The position numbers were made by a program, and so were the translations under genes. From a virus, in IMG/VR virus record IMGVR_UViG_3300047483_000537, positions 32,600 through 96,599 of that record: a DNA stretch of 64,000 bases, one strand, 5' to 3'. The notes under the pieces were generated by a model. The model did no database searches, was not told the origin of the DNA, and saw nothing but the letters and a program-made list of their open reading frames with translations. This document shows, in pieces, positions 1 to 9,362 of the stretch; positions within the stretch are counted from its first letter, which is position 1; each line of letters begins with the position of its first letter.

Positions 1-215
1 GTATTACAATCCCACACTCTGTTGGAGTCATTGATTCCGATTATCGTGGAAATTTAAAAGTTTTGCTAAAAAATATTTCGGAAGATCCTTACCTTGTTCA
101 GGAAGGTGACCGAATCGCACAGCTAGTCATTCAACCAGTCCAGCTTGTGGACTTTGTAGATAGTTGGAATGACACAAAACGTGGTACTGGTGGATTCGGT
201 TCCACTGGACAATAA
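1..215 (+). CDS. dut: dUTPase, C-terminal part (truncated by window edge)
   Basis: Hand translation from nt 3: ITIPHSVGVIDSDYRGNLKV...GDRIAQLVI...RGTGGFGSTGQ*, the trimeric dUTPase motifs 3-5. Confidence 0.95.
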   Translation, partial: ITIPHSVGVIDSDYRGNLKVLLKNISEDPYLVQEGDRIAQLVIQPVQLVDFVDSWNDTKRGTGGFGSTGQ

Positions 216-231
216 ATAAGAAAGATCATTA

Positions 232-2199
232 ATGACAGCAGTTTCAACACGAGCACAAGTAATTACACGTCGTACGTACAATCGCCCTACATCAGACGAC
301 GGAAAACAATTTGAAACATGGGAAGAAACGGTAGCCCGCGTTATTGACCACCAACAGTGGTTATGGGAACGAGCAGTCGGACGCGACTTAAATGACGTAG
401 AATACGCAGAACTTTACGATCTTGAGCAACTGATGCTAGATCGCAAAGTTTTAATGAGCGGTCGCACACTTTGGCTTGGTGGAACTAATGTTGCCAAAAC
501 CCGTGAAGCATCCCAATTTAATTGCTCGTTTACACACGTTGAAACAATCTATGACGTAGTTGACGTCCTATGGCTGTTATTACAAGGTTGTGGTGTTGGC
601 TTTAAGCCAATTGTTGGAACACTAAATGGTTTCTCAAAACCGATCAAAAATATTCGTGTAGTACGTAGTACTCGCACTGAAAAGGGCGGAAATGAGTATA
701 ACACAGAAACATTTGATGAAGAAACAAAAGTCTGGACTATCCAGGTTGGAGACAGTGCAGAAGCTTGGGCAAAATCTATTGGAAAGTTGCTTGCGGGTAA
801 GTATCCTGCTGATACTTTGGTACTTGATTTTAGCCAGCTACGACCAGCAGGTGAAAGGTTAAAAGGTTATGGATGGATTAGCTCTGGAGATTCGGCAATT
901 AGTACTGCTTATACTGCTATCGCCAATATACTTAATGGGCGTGCTGATAGCTTGCTTACTCGCATGGACATTCTTGACATTGTTAATCATCTGGGTACCA
1001 TTCTATCTAGTCGCCGCAGTGCTGAAATCGCACTATTCGACTACGACCAACCGGAATGGGAAGAATTTGCCGTAGCCAAAAAAGATTGGTGGCTACATAA
1101 CAATGCACACCGTACACAATCCAATAACAGCTTGGTATTTAAAAAGAAACCACTAAAATCTGACCTAGAACGTATCTTTGGTATGATGGTTGAGGCGGGC
1201 GGAAGTGAGCCAGGATTTATCAATGAAGTTGAAGCATTACGTCGCGCTCCATGGTTCAAAGGTGCAAACCCTTGCGTGGAAATCTTACTTGGTAACAAAG
1301 CTTTTTGTAATCTTACCGAGACCGATATTGCTAAGTTCAAAGGGGACACAGCTGGTTTACATAACGCAATTAGACTTGCAGCCCGTGCAAACTATCGTCA
1401 AACCTGCGTTAACTTGCAAGACGGAATTCTTCAAGAATCTTGGCATCTCAACAACTATTTCTTGCGTCTTTGCGGAGTTGGCTTAACTGGTATTGCTATG
1501 CGTCCAGATATGGGTGCTTATGATTACGAGTACTTGAAGCGTACCGCTACTGGAGCAGCTATCGGTATGAGTTTAGAACTAGGATTGCCAGCTCCTAAAA
1601 ATGTAACTTGTATCAAGCCATCAGGTACATTGTCAAAAATCATGGATACCACAGAAGGTGTTCACAAACCTCTAGGAAAGTACATTTTCAATAATGTTCA
1701 ATTTAGCAAGCATGACCCGGTGGTTGAAAAACTACGTGAAGCGGGTTACCGTGTTATTAATCATCCTGTTGATGATTCTGGAGTGCTTGTTACGTTTCCG
1801 GTAATGTGGGACGGAGTTCCGTTTGACAAAGTAGATGGTAAAGAAGTTAACATTGAATCAGCAGTTGTACAGCTTGAGCGCTATAAATTGCTACAAACAT
1901 CCTGGAACCAGCAGAATACTTCGGTAACTATTAGTTACGATCCAAGTGAAGTACCTGCAATTATTGATTGGTTGCTAGACAACTGGGATTGTTATGTTGG
2001 TGTGAGTTTTATTTACCGCACAGACCCAACCAAGACTGCCAAAGACTTGGGTTATCTATACCTTCCACAAGAAGTTGTAACCGAGCAAGACTACAAAGAG
2101 TATGTGCAAGAACTAAGTTTAGTAGACTTGAACAATACCAATAGTTTTGATGAAATCACAGACGCAGAGTGTGCCACAGGTGCATGCCCTATTAAATAA
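232..2199 (+). CDS. nrdJ: class II (adenosylcobalamin-dependent) ribonucleotide reductase
   Basis: FNCSF, ANPCVEI (N-C-E catalytic loop), CIKPSGTLS, C-terminal CATGACPIK; 655 aa; no beta-subunit gene adjacent. Confidence 0.9.
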   Translation: MTAVSTRAQVITRRTYNRPTSDDGKQFETWEETVARVIDHQQWLWERAVGRDLNDVEYAELYDLEQLMLDRKVLMSGRTLWLGGTNVAKTREASQFNCSFTHVETIYDVVDVLWLLLQGCGVGFKPIVGTLNGFSKPIKNIRVVRSTRTEKGGNEYNTETFDEETKVWTIQVGDSAEAWAKSIGKLLAGKYPADTLVLDFSQLRPAGERLKGYGWISSGDSAISTAYTAIANILNGRADSLLTRMDILDIVNHLGTILSSRRSAEIALFDYDQPEWEEFAVAKKDWWLHNNAHRTQSNNSLVFKKKPLKSDLERIFGMMVEAGGSEPGFINEVEALRRAPWFKGANPCVEILLGNKAFCNLTETDIAKFKGDTAGLHNAIRLAARANYRQTCVNLQDGILQESWHLNNYFLRLCGVGLTGIAMRPDMGAYDYEYLKRTATGAAIGMSLELGLPAPKNVTCIKPSGTLSKIMDTTEGVHKPLGKYIFNNVQFSKHDPVVEKLREAGYRVINHPVDDSGVLVTFPVMWDGVPFDKVDGKEVNIESAVVQLERYKLLQTSWNQQNTSVTISYDPSEVPAIIDWLLDNWDCYVGVSFIYRTDPTKTAKDLGYLYLPQEVVTEQDYKEYVQELSLVDLNNTNSFDEITDAECATGACPIK

Positions 2200-2212
2200 C
2201 CTTAAATAAAAT

Positions 2213-2398
2213 ATGAACGATCTAAAATTCAACCTATCCGATCTAACTCTTGACGAAGTAAATGCTATTTTAGCAGGCTTACAAGAATTGCCAGGTAAAA
2301 TTTGCAATCCAGTATCACAAAAGATTCGCCAACAGGCCGAAGCTCAGATACCAAAGCAAGAACCTTCAATGCAAGACTTAGCTCAACCAGCTGAGTAA
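2213..2398 (+). CDS. hypothetical protein
   Basis: 61-aa ORF between nrdJ and the terminator. Confidence 0.7.
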   Translation: MNDLKFNLSDLTLDEVNAILAGLQELPGKICNPVSQKIRQQAEAQIPKQEPSMQDLAQPAE

Positions 2399-2408
2399 TT
2401 AGCCAAAC

Positions 2409-2444
2409 AAAAAGCCCCTGTATAGCAATATACAGGGGCTTTTT
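2409..2444. terminator. bidirectional intrinsic terminator
   Basis: AAAAAGCCCCTGTATA-GCAA-TATACAGGGGCTTTTT between convergent operons. Confidence 0.9.
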
Positions 2445-2446
2445 GT

Positions 2447-3085
2447 TTACAGCGGTGTATCTTCTGTGCTATCTTCGTCATCAACGTTTTCGTAATCTAC
2501 AACGTCTTCTGGTGCTAGTTCGCTGAATACTAAAACTAATATATCACGATATGGTTGTTCTACAAGATGTAAATCTAACAAATAAGTATCTAAATGATTG
2601 TTTCGTAACAACTGAGCATGGTACATAAACTGACCAAAAGCATCCAGTGATTCTGAAATATTTTCGTTAGCATAATTTTCTAAAGTTTGTGCTGCAGCTT
2701 GCAGCATTACCTTGGGTACTTGAGATTTTGTAACTGTTAGCAATCTAATTGCTTTGGCTTCACGTGCTCGCATAATCTGGTTGCGTTTTGCAGTACTCCA
2801 AGAGTAACCACCGTCACCACCCCATAAGTCCCAAGCTACTCTGCCTTTACTTGGAAAACCTTCTTCACCACTGCGAAAACCAGTTGCTTGTTTGTCTGGC
2901 TCGTGTCGGCTAAAAAAGCTGTACATTCGTAATACAACGCTTTCTGATAGTGGCTCACGGTCTTTTAGTTGATTAGCACGAGCCAAACCAACAAGCGTAC
3001 CGCCAGGCTGACCTTCGTCTTTCCACTTTAAAGCACGTTTGGCAGCACTTGCCATGCCCGTTGTTGGTTTGTATGTTTTTGCCAT
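2447..3085 (-). CDS. phage protein of unknown function
   Basis: 212-aa ORF with GGTLVGLARANQL, RMYSFFSRHE and PSKGRVAWDLWGGD blocks, recalled from other phage proteins. Confidence 0.6.
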   Translation of the reverse strand: MAKTYKPTTGMASAAKRALKWKDEGQPGGTLVGLARANQLKDREPLSESVVLRMYSFFSRHEPDKQATGFRSGEEGFPSKGRVAWDLWGGDGGYSWSTAKRNQIMRAREAKAIRLLTVTKSQVPKVMLQAAAQTLENYANENISESLDAFGQFMYHAQLLRNNHLDTYLLDLHLVEQPYRDILVLVFSELAPEDVVDYENVDDEDSTEDTPL

Positions 3086-3094
3086 ACTAGTCCT

Positions 3095-3853
3095 TTAATT
3101 ATTATAAGCTAAAATAACTTGCTTACACATTTGTGATCTAACAATATCTTCATCACGAAAACTAACGACACTAACTCCTTCAATATGTTGTAAACGCTTT
3201 ACAGCGTCCATAAGACCTGAATCTGAAATGTCTGTTTGTTTTGGATCTCCTGATAGGATTACTTTACAGTTTTTTCCGATGCGTGATAAGAGCATCTTGA
3301 ATTCTGTTTTGGTTAAGTTTTGGGCTTCGTCTACAAGAATAATACAATTCTCAAAACTAGCTCCACGCATAAACCCCAGCGGTTTAGGATCAATATCTTT
3401 AGCCCTCAAGGAATATTCATAAAAACCTTTGCCAAGTGCTTTAGTAAACACTTGGTCAAAAGGTTGTAGATATGGTGCATATTTCTCGTCCAGCTCTCCT
3501 GGCAAGAATCCCATACCGCGTCCTGTTTCTACGTTAGGACGTGTTAGAATAATTTTATTTACACGTTTGTAATACAGTTCTGCTGCAGCGTAACTAGCAG
3601 CTATATATGTTTTACCTGTACCGGCGCTGCCTATGCCAAAGATAATATCTGAATCTTCGATTGCATTTAGGTACTCGCTTTGAATGAAGTTTAGTGGCTG
3701 AACTTCTTTAAACGTATAATTACGTTGAGGTATTGGTTCTGCAAACCCTTCCTCGTGCTCTTTACGCAGCCTGGCTTTTTCCTCATTAGATATGTGGTTG
3801 CCGGACTTTTTACTTGGAAATGTGCGATGTGTTTTACCACTATTTCTTGCCAT
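3095..3853 (-). CDS. phoH: PhoH-like ATPase
   Basis: GSAGTGKT Walker A, GFLPG, FMRGASF, LVDEAQN, SGDPKQTD. Confidence 0.95.
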   Translation of the reverse strand: MARNSGKTHRTFPSKKSGNHISNEEKARLRKEHEEGFAEPIPQRNYTFKEVQPLNFIQSEYLNAIEDSDIIFGIGSAGTGKTYIAASYAAAELYYKRVNKIILTRPNVETGRGMGFLPGELDEKYAPYLQPFDQVFTKALGKGFYEYSLRAKDIDPKPLGFMRGASFENCIILVDEAQNLTKTEFKMLLSRIGKNCKVILSGDPKQTDISDSGLMDAVKRLQHIEGVSVVSFRDEDIVRSQMCKQVILAYNN

Positions 3854-3931
3854 GAACTTCCTTATTTTTGGATAGACGTTGAAGTGAATATTAAATTATA
3901 CCACCTCAACACCTTGTGGTCAATATAAAAT

Positions 3932-4117
3932 TTACTTAGCCTGTTTGTCCGGTACTTTAGTACCTTCTAACTTCTTGTGTACTTTGACGTCTTTACAAAC
4001 TTCCTTGACTTTTTTAGTTTTAGGATCGGTTTGCTCTACACAAACTTTCTTTGTTTCCGCAGCAAAAATGCTGGCGCCAAAGCAAGTTAATGCTACTGCT
4101 AAAATTATTGATTTCAT
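3932..4117 (-). CDS. small exported protein
   Basis: Signal-peptide-like N-terminus, two further Cys, Lys-rich mature part. Confidence 0.65.
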   Translation of the reverse strand: MKSIILAVALTCFGASIFAAETKKVCVEQTDPKTKKVKEVCKDVKVHKKLEGTKVPDKQAK

Positions 4118-4573
4118 TTAAATCTCCGGTTGAGGTGCTGGTTGAGGTGCTGGCTTACCATTAATCATACGAACTTCCATTACTGCGGTACCGTTAAACC
4201 CTGCTGTAGTAGATAGTCCTGGTGAAAAAGTAGGCTCCTGTCTGGGAGGTACATAGCTGGTTTTTGCAGCTGCTGCGGCGTTATCTTGTGCTTGCTTCAT
4301 TAATGCGATTGAAGCATCAACTTCTTCTTTACTGCCGCCTGCCAACATAATTCCCGATAACGTGCCTGTTAAAAATGTAGCAATTGGTACAATTAGTTCA
4401 AAAAACTTTTGATCAATAGGACTAATAGCATTTAGTGGTTGTGTTACAAAGATTAGGCTGTAAAGCACAACAAAAACAATTCCTGTTAGTGTAAGTGCCA
4501 AGCACACACCAATAAAGAATTTAAGACGAGCCATCAATTGCTCGTCTGTGTATAAGATAACATTATTTTGCAC
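4118..4573 (-). CDS. two-TM membrane protein
   Basis: Two hydrophobic segments (FFIGVCLALTLTGIVFVVLYSLIF; LIVPIATFLTGTLSGIML). Confidence 0.65.
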   Translation of the reverse strand: MQNNVILYTDEQLMARLKFFIGVCLALTLTGIVFVVLYSLIFVTQPLNAISPIDQKFFELIVPIATFLTGTLSGIMLAGGSKEEVDASIALMKQAQDNAAAAAKTSYVPPRQEPTFSPGLSTTAGFNGTAVMEVRMINGKPAPQPAPQPEI

Positions 4574-4832
4574 AAGTAACTCCTGTGGTTGGTGTGGGTG
4601 TGGCTGCCGCTGGCGTTGCCTGAGGGTCTATACGTGGGTCTCGTTGACCTTTAAAAACGTGGTCTGGGCATGTGCGAGTTACATCACAGATAGGTCGCTT
4701 GCACTGAGGTGTATCCCAGTTTTCTGGATTTTGACATGGGTAACGAAAACGATCTCCACCAAAAAATGCAAGTGCAACTGGTAGTATTAATAATACTCCT
4801 AGCCACTTAAATAGTTTTAAATCTACATTCAT
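4563..4832 (-). CDS. membrane-anchored Cys-rich protein
   Basis: N-terminal TM segment, then RYPCQNPENWDTPQCKRPICDVTRTCP. Confidence 0.65.
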   Translation of the reverse strand: MNVDLKLFKWLGVLLILPVALAFFGGDRFRYPCQNPENWDTPQCKRPICDVTRTCPDHVFKGQRDPRIDPQATPAAATPTPTTGVTCAK

Positions 4833-4833
4833 A

Positions 4834-5397
4834 TTATTTTCCTGCTAGTGGATTGTCGATTGCTTTTTGAATCTTATCATCAACACTTTTATTTAAGCGT
4901 TCTAGTTTTGTTTCTAAATCGCGCTTTAATTTGTCCATGTCATCTCTGTTACGATCTAAACTATTACGCAAGTCTTTTTGAGCTGTTTTTAAATCTTGAT
5001 CAGTTTCTCGCTGAGCCTGCTTAACGCTTCGCTCTATTTGTTCGGTTACGCTCTCATTACGACGTAGATCAGTTTTAAGATCATTTTTTATATCGCGAGT
5101 ATAGTCACTGGTTTTTTGCGAGTTTTCTTCAATAACAGCTAACCGCTTGTCAAATTCACTAAGATCTGGAGCCGAGTATTCGGCAATCTTTTTCTTCATG
5201 CTCTGGTAGTCTTTGTAAACTTCAAAAGCACCGTATAGTCCGCCCAATGTAGAGCTAACAATTGTAAAAGCTACCATTAATTTAGCAGGAGTAAATTCAT
5301 ATCCGCCAATACTAATAACGGTATCTTTACTAGCATATTTTTTAGCGGCTGCTTCTAGTTCAGCAACTTTTTTGTCTATATTTTTATCATCAGACAT
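4834..5397 (-). CDS. membrane-anchored coiled-coil protein
   Basis: One TM segment followed by a long charged heptad-rich region. Confidence 0.7.
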   Translation of the reverse strand: MSDDKNIDKKVAELEAAAKKYASKDTVISIGGYEFTPAKLMVAFTIVSSTLGGLYGAFEVYKDYQSMKKKIAEYSAPDLSEFDKRLAVIEENSQKTSDYTRDIKNDLKTDLRRNESVTEQIERSVKQAQRETDQDLKTAQKDLRNSLDRNRDDMDKLKRDLETKLERLNKSVDDKIQKAIDNPLAGK

Positions 5398-5405
5398 TAT
5401 ACCTC

Positions 5406-5816
5406 CTATTTGTTCTCAAATTTTAAATTTTTGAGATTTTCCAGCTCTCGCTCTAGTTTTTGAATTTCTATACGTTTTTTTCGCAGTTCCAACTGGTAAA
5501 GCTCATTACAATCTAGTCGATCTTTTGGAGCTCCTATTGGTATAGTAATTCTTCCGTAAACACCGACATTTCTGCTCGGATCATTTGTAGCAGTACTAAC
5601 AATAGTAGTATCTCTATTTATAACACCTACTACGCCAAACTCAACGTTAGTACTAGAACCTATAGCCATTGAGCAGTCAAGACCATTGGCACGAAAGCTA
5701 TCGGATTGATAACTACTGTACGAACCTGGTAGTGCTAAATTTAGTGAACCTGTTTGAGCATTTACTATTGAAGTTCCTAACAAGCAAATAAATAAGAGGT
5801 ACTTGTTAATATTCAT
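5406..5816 (-). CDS. exported protein with C-terminal coiled coil
   Basis: Signal peptide ending VNA, beta-rich middle, Cys pair, helical tail. Confidence 0.65.
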   Translation of the reverse strand: MNINKYLLFICLLGTSIVNAQTGSLNLALPGSYSSYQSDSFRANGLDCSMAIGSSTNVEFGVVGVINRDTTIVSTATNDPSRNVGVYGRITIPIGAPKDRLDCNELYQLELRKKRIEIQKLERELENLKNLKFENK

Positions 5817-6202
5817 GGTTTAACTTTTGAACAAATTTTACTAGCTATAAGGCTCTGTCTAGTGTTATTTCGAAACAGTCTAGATTCTGTACATATATAC
5901 ACCACACGTTTAACATCTTGAGTTTTAACATATATATCTATATTTTTAGTCTCAAGATATTCTACACGTAAAATCTTGCTATCGGAACTAGCAAAAGTTA
6001 CAGGCCGCCAATCTTCATCAAATACACCAAGCTCATAGTAAGAAACCTCTTGTCGCTTGTTAAATAGTTCCATTTTTGTTTGCATTACTCCGTCTATAAA
6101 TGACGTCTCAAACTTAGGATAAGTAGGAGTGAACTGGTGAGCAGAAACCTGCCCACCAAATAAAAATAGTACAAACACTAATAAAGTGTAGTAAAAACGC
6201 AT
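5813..6202 (-). CDS. exported protein, possible pilus-chaperone (PapD-N)-like Ig fold
   Basis: Signal peptide ending VSA; alternating beta-strand pattern (FTPTYP...MELFN...YELGVFD...IDIYV...YICT); fold assignment by eye. Confidence 0.45.
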   Translation of the reverse strand: MRFYYTLLVFVLFLFGGQVSAHQFTPTYPKFETSFIDGVMQTKMELFNKRQEVSYYELGVFDEDWRPVTFASSDSKILRVEYLETKNIDIYVKTQDVKRVVYICTESRLFRNNTRQSLIASKICSKVKP

Positions 6203-6206
6203 TATA

Positions 6207-6704
6207 TTACAGAGCTATACACTCCGCTAACACTACAGCTCGATACTCTCCTGCAGGGAAAGATTTATCGTAGCCGTATTCTGCTTTTGATGTTGCGGCA
6301 AACCAAACAGTACCTGGTACAGTTAAATTGATTTCGGTAATATTATTATATACGCGCTTGTTAGTGGTATAGGCTGACATAGCTGGATCTGTAACACGGC
6401 TTACAGTAACGGCACCTGCCCAATTTACAACATCCGTTAATCCTGGACTTGAAGTAAATGCATTTGGCGTTGTTATTGTTGCTTTGTAGTATCCTGCTTG
6501 AACTACGTCATAGCGAATAACAGCTGGAGCACCACCGTCTACGGCGGCCGTGCTTAAGACATTTGGTGTAGGGTTACCATAAATACCTACTGTATCTGTG
6601 TTAATAACACATTTAGAAGATACAACTCCACGGATTGGCACTTCGGCTGAATTTACGCCGAATGAGATAGCTAGTGCCATTGCTAATAGTATCGATTTAA
6701 TCAT
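6207..6704 (-). CDS. exported fimbrial/pilin-subunit-like protein
   Basis: Likely start MIKSILL; signal peptide; N-terminal VPIRGVVSSKCVI and C-terminal PAGEYRAVVLAEC resemble chaperone-usher pilin termini. Confidence 0.5.
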   Translation of the reverse strand: MIKSILLAMALAISFGVNSAEVPIRGVVSSKCVINTDTVGIYGNPTPNVLSTAAVDGGAPAVIRYDVVQAGYYKATITTPNAFTSSPGLTDVVNWAGAVTVSRVTDPAMSAYTTNKRVYNNITEINLTVPGTVWFAATSKAEYGYDKSFPAGEYRAVVLAECIAL

Positions 6705-7551
6705 TTCTTGGTCCTCTGAGATTATATTGTGACTCAACCATTGTATTATGCAACTGCTGCTGGCTTAGATTTAGTCTTTGACTATTTCGGCTGTCGGGCA
6801 GAACTTTGTCCCTATACTTTATGGTTTCTTGATAAACACCACCAGGTAAAGCTACTGTGTATAGTTTAAAATCTGGTATATTATTTAGTGCTTCAAGTGC
6901 AGCGGCTTGAGCAGCTGCTTGTGCAGTTATCAAAGAGTTGCTGCTCTTATTGTCTTTAAGCTTCTTTTCTTTCGGCTCAGTTAATCCGAAACGACGATTT
7001 GTTTCTAGGGCTTCTTCACTATCATAGCTGTACTTAGCAAATTGTGGCAATGTGTCAGAGTTTAGTTCTGGTAATTTTGTTTGCGGTAATTTATAGTTTG
7101 GACAACTTGTGTCAGTAACGGGCTCTAATTTACAAGTATCATACCTATACCCATAGCTTACAAAAGGGTCTGTGACACTGCCTTGTCCTTGAACAGTGAT
7201 TTCTCCACGACCCCAGCTTGTAACCGGAATATTATCAACTGGTACTATTTTTGTTATAGTATTTCCAGGCCTTGCTGTCCAATCGTCCACACTACGAAAA
7301 ACATATCCGTTGCCATTTGTATGAAGGTTTTGTATACTAACCACCATTGGATCTTCTGTATTTTTAACAGTAGTATATCGGTAATTAACACTGTTTACTG
7401 TTAACCCTGTGTACTGTGGAAGTACTTTGGTCATAGTCCACGATAAACCAAAAGCGGCGGCATTTGAAGTTTTATCAGTAATAGTTTCAGAGTAAGAGTA
7501 GCAAGAGCAGAACCATAAGGCCACCACCACCAAGTAGTGTTTTAGTTTCAT
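6697..7551 (-). CDS. exported protein
   Basis: Signal-peptide-like N-terminus, beta-rich domain, Cys pair, helical C-terminus. Confidence 0.65.
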   Translation of the reverse strand: MKLKHYLVVVALWFCSCYSYSETITDKTSNAAAFGLSWTMTKVLPQYTGLTVNSVNYRYTTVKNTEDPMVVSIQNLHTNGNGYVFRSVDDWTARPGNTITKIVPVDNIPVTSWGRGEITVQGQGSVTDPFVSYGYRYDTCKLEPVTDTSCPNYKLPQTKLPELNSDTLPQFAKYSYDSEEALETNRRFGLTEPKEKKLKDNKSSNSLITAQAAAQAAALEALNNIPDFKLYTVALPGGVYQETIKYRDKVLPDSRNSQRLNLSQQQLHNTMVESQYNLRGPRND

Positions 7552-8032
7552 TGCTTATACCTCCACTGTTTGTTTTGGTACTTGGCTGTAGGCCTTCATT
7601 AGCCTTCCAAGCAGCACGTGCTTCCGAACCAATCGACCCGTCAAATGGACAAGGGGTACCTGCCATCATCATAGCATCAAACACTCGTCTGTCTTGGCAT
7701 AGCGTGCTTACCGCAGCTACTTTCATACCCATGTCATAAAGTGTTTTTGATAATTTTAGTCGTTCACAATTAAGGTCCACTACTGTAGCACCAGCACTAA
7801 TACCCAGGATTTGAGTTTGTACAGCACCGGCTACACCAACAGTACACAAGTCACTATTGGCTGTATTAATAGTAGGACTAATAGCGGATGCTGGTGGTGA
7901 TTTAATAGTGCTGTTACTATCGGATTTAGTAGTAACAGTGCTATTGGTATTTACTACTGCATCTTGAGCTAATACTCCACTTGCAAATAGTACTAGAAGT
8001 AGTATTGCTACAAAATATTTAAGTTGAAGCAA
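7487..8032 (-). CDS. exported Cys-rich protein with C-terminal membrane anchor
   Basis: Signal peptide ending VLA, four Cys, C-terminal GGGGLMVLLLLLLL. Confidence 0.65.
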   Translation of the reverse strand: MLQLKYFVAILLLVLFASGVLAQDAVVNTNSTVTTKSDSNSTIKSPPASAISPTINTANSDLCTVGVAGAVQTQILGISAGATVVDLNCERLKLSKTLYDMGMKVAAVSTLCQDRRVFDAMMMAGTPCPFDGSIGSEARAAWKANEGLQPSTKTNSGGISNETKTLLGGGGLMVLLLLLLL

Positions 8033-8033
8033 C

Positions 8034-8660
8034 TTATCCTCCTAGTACATGCAATGCATGTTCGTAGTGTTTTTTCCGATCTTCTAGGCCGATAGTGCCG
8101 CCATTAATGCGCTTAGTTAGCATTAGAATATCACCAGCATCTGCCCATTGATTTAGTTTATTGGTTTCCCAAAACCAGCAGGCTGATTGTGCTGCACCTT
8201 CAAATGTTTCCAAGTATTCTGCAGCTTCTTCTACACTAATACCTAGTGAGGCTGCAAACCAAGTGTAGTTATCCTTGCCAGTTAACTGAATTAGGCCTTT
8301 ACCTGCAAAACGCCAGCCATCACCGGATTCTGGAGGTCCGTTGCCCATGCGATTAGCATATACTAAGTTGGCAATTGCTTGTTGCTTGTTGGGCATTGTG
8401 GCATATTTCTGTGCCATTTCATCCGTGGGAAAATACTTGGGAAATATTTTTCGTAGCGTGACTGCTTTGTAGTTTAGATTTTCACGTAGCGCAGTAAAGT
8501 TTCCGGATTCGTGAGCACACTGTGCTACAAAAGCAGCAATACGACGCGGAGTGTTAATCTCGTAGTCTGGCAGTAATTGAGCTAACGCCTGATGCCACTG
8601 TTTGACATAAGGGTTTTTAGGGATCAATTGTTGCAATTGAGATAATGTTAGTTCTGTCAC
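8034..8660 (-). CDS. endolysin, glycoside hydrolase family 19
   Basis: AQCAHESGNF, ENLNY, YANRMGNG, GDGWRFAGKGLIQLTGKDNY, TKRINGG. Confidence 0.92.
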   Translation of the reverse strand: MTELTLSQLQQLIPKNPYVKQWHQALAQLLPDYEINTPRRIAAFVAQCAHESGNFTALRENLNYKAVTLRKIFPKYFPTDEMAQKYATMPNKQQAIANLVYANRMGNGPPESGDGWRFAGKGLIQLTGKDNYTWFAASLGISVEEAAEYLETFEGAAQSACWFWETNKLNQWADAGDILMLTKRINGGTIGLEDRKKHYEHALHVLGG

Positions 8661-8923
8661 TTTAGTCCCTTATGGATAAGTTGTTGTTGTTGATACCACT
8701 GCTGCCAGGCTTCTAATTTAACTACACACTGATAGTATTGTGTATAGTTACGATTAATAATTTGAGCTACTTGACTCAACGTAGGGTTTTCTGCAAGAGC
8801 TTCAAGTTCTGGGCAAGGTTGCTGGCTTTGCAGACCTGGGGGCTCCGGCCACTTCTGGGTAACGGGTACAACTGTGGAGCACCCAGTTAAAAATAGTGTT
8901 AATACTAGCAGTGCAATTTTCAT
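8657..8923 (-). CDS. o-spanin (Rz1-like lipoprotein)
   Basis: Lipobox LTGC, Pro-rich, next to the endolysin. Confidence 0.8.
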   Translation of the reverse strand: MKIALLVLTLFLTGCSTVVPVTQKWPEPPGLQSQQPCPELEALAENPTLSQVAQIINRNYTQYYQCVVKLEAWQQWYQQQQLIHKGLK

Positions 8924-9339
8924 TTAGGTGCCTTTGCTGCTAAGTTATGCGCTGTAACAAACTCAACAGGTATCTGACAGCCTGAGTCGTGTTTTGTTAT
9001 TTCGCGGGTAATATATTCAACTGTGGCTTCACCACGTTGTTTTATAATCTGAGTTTTAGTAACTACACGCTCTTTTATAACTTCATTTACTTGTTGTGAC
9101 TTTGCTTCTGCAACTTCAACTTTATGTTGCAAATCTTTGGCGGCTTGTTTCCATACACCATTAGCATATAACAGTCCAATTATAAAAATTATTACGCATG
9201 CCAGTATACCACTAACAATTTTGACAGGCAGTTGATATGTTTTTATAGGAACCAAATGCGATAAAAAATATCCGGAAAATCCAGCTATTAATAACAACCC
9301 CCACAACCAATGTGGAAAAATTTCTAAAATCCAAAACAT
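8920..9339 (-). CDS. i-spanin (Rz-like)
   Basis: N-terminal TM segments, coiled coil, C-terminal Cys; overlaps the o-spanin start. Confidence 0.75.
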   Translation of the reverse strand: MFWILEIFPHWLWGLLLIAGFSGYFLSHLVPIKTYQLPVKIVSGILACVIIFIIGLLYANGVWKQAAKDLQHKVEVAEAKSQQVNEVIKERVVTKTQIIKQRGEATVEYITREITKHDSGCQIPVEFVTAHNLAAKAPK

Positions 9340-9362
9340 TTATTTTGCCTTTGTAAATTTAA

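Noticed and set aside
232-2199. Intein or intron in nrdJ (also considered for terL)
   Set aside because: Lengths are ordinary, ORFs are uninterrupted and no splicing motifs were seen
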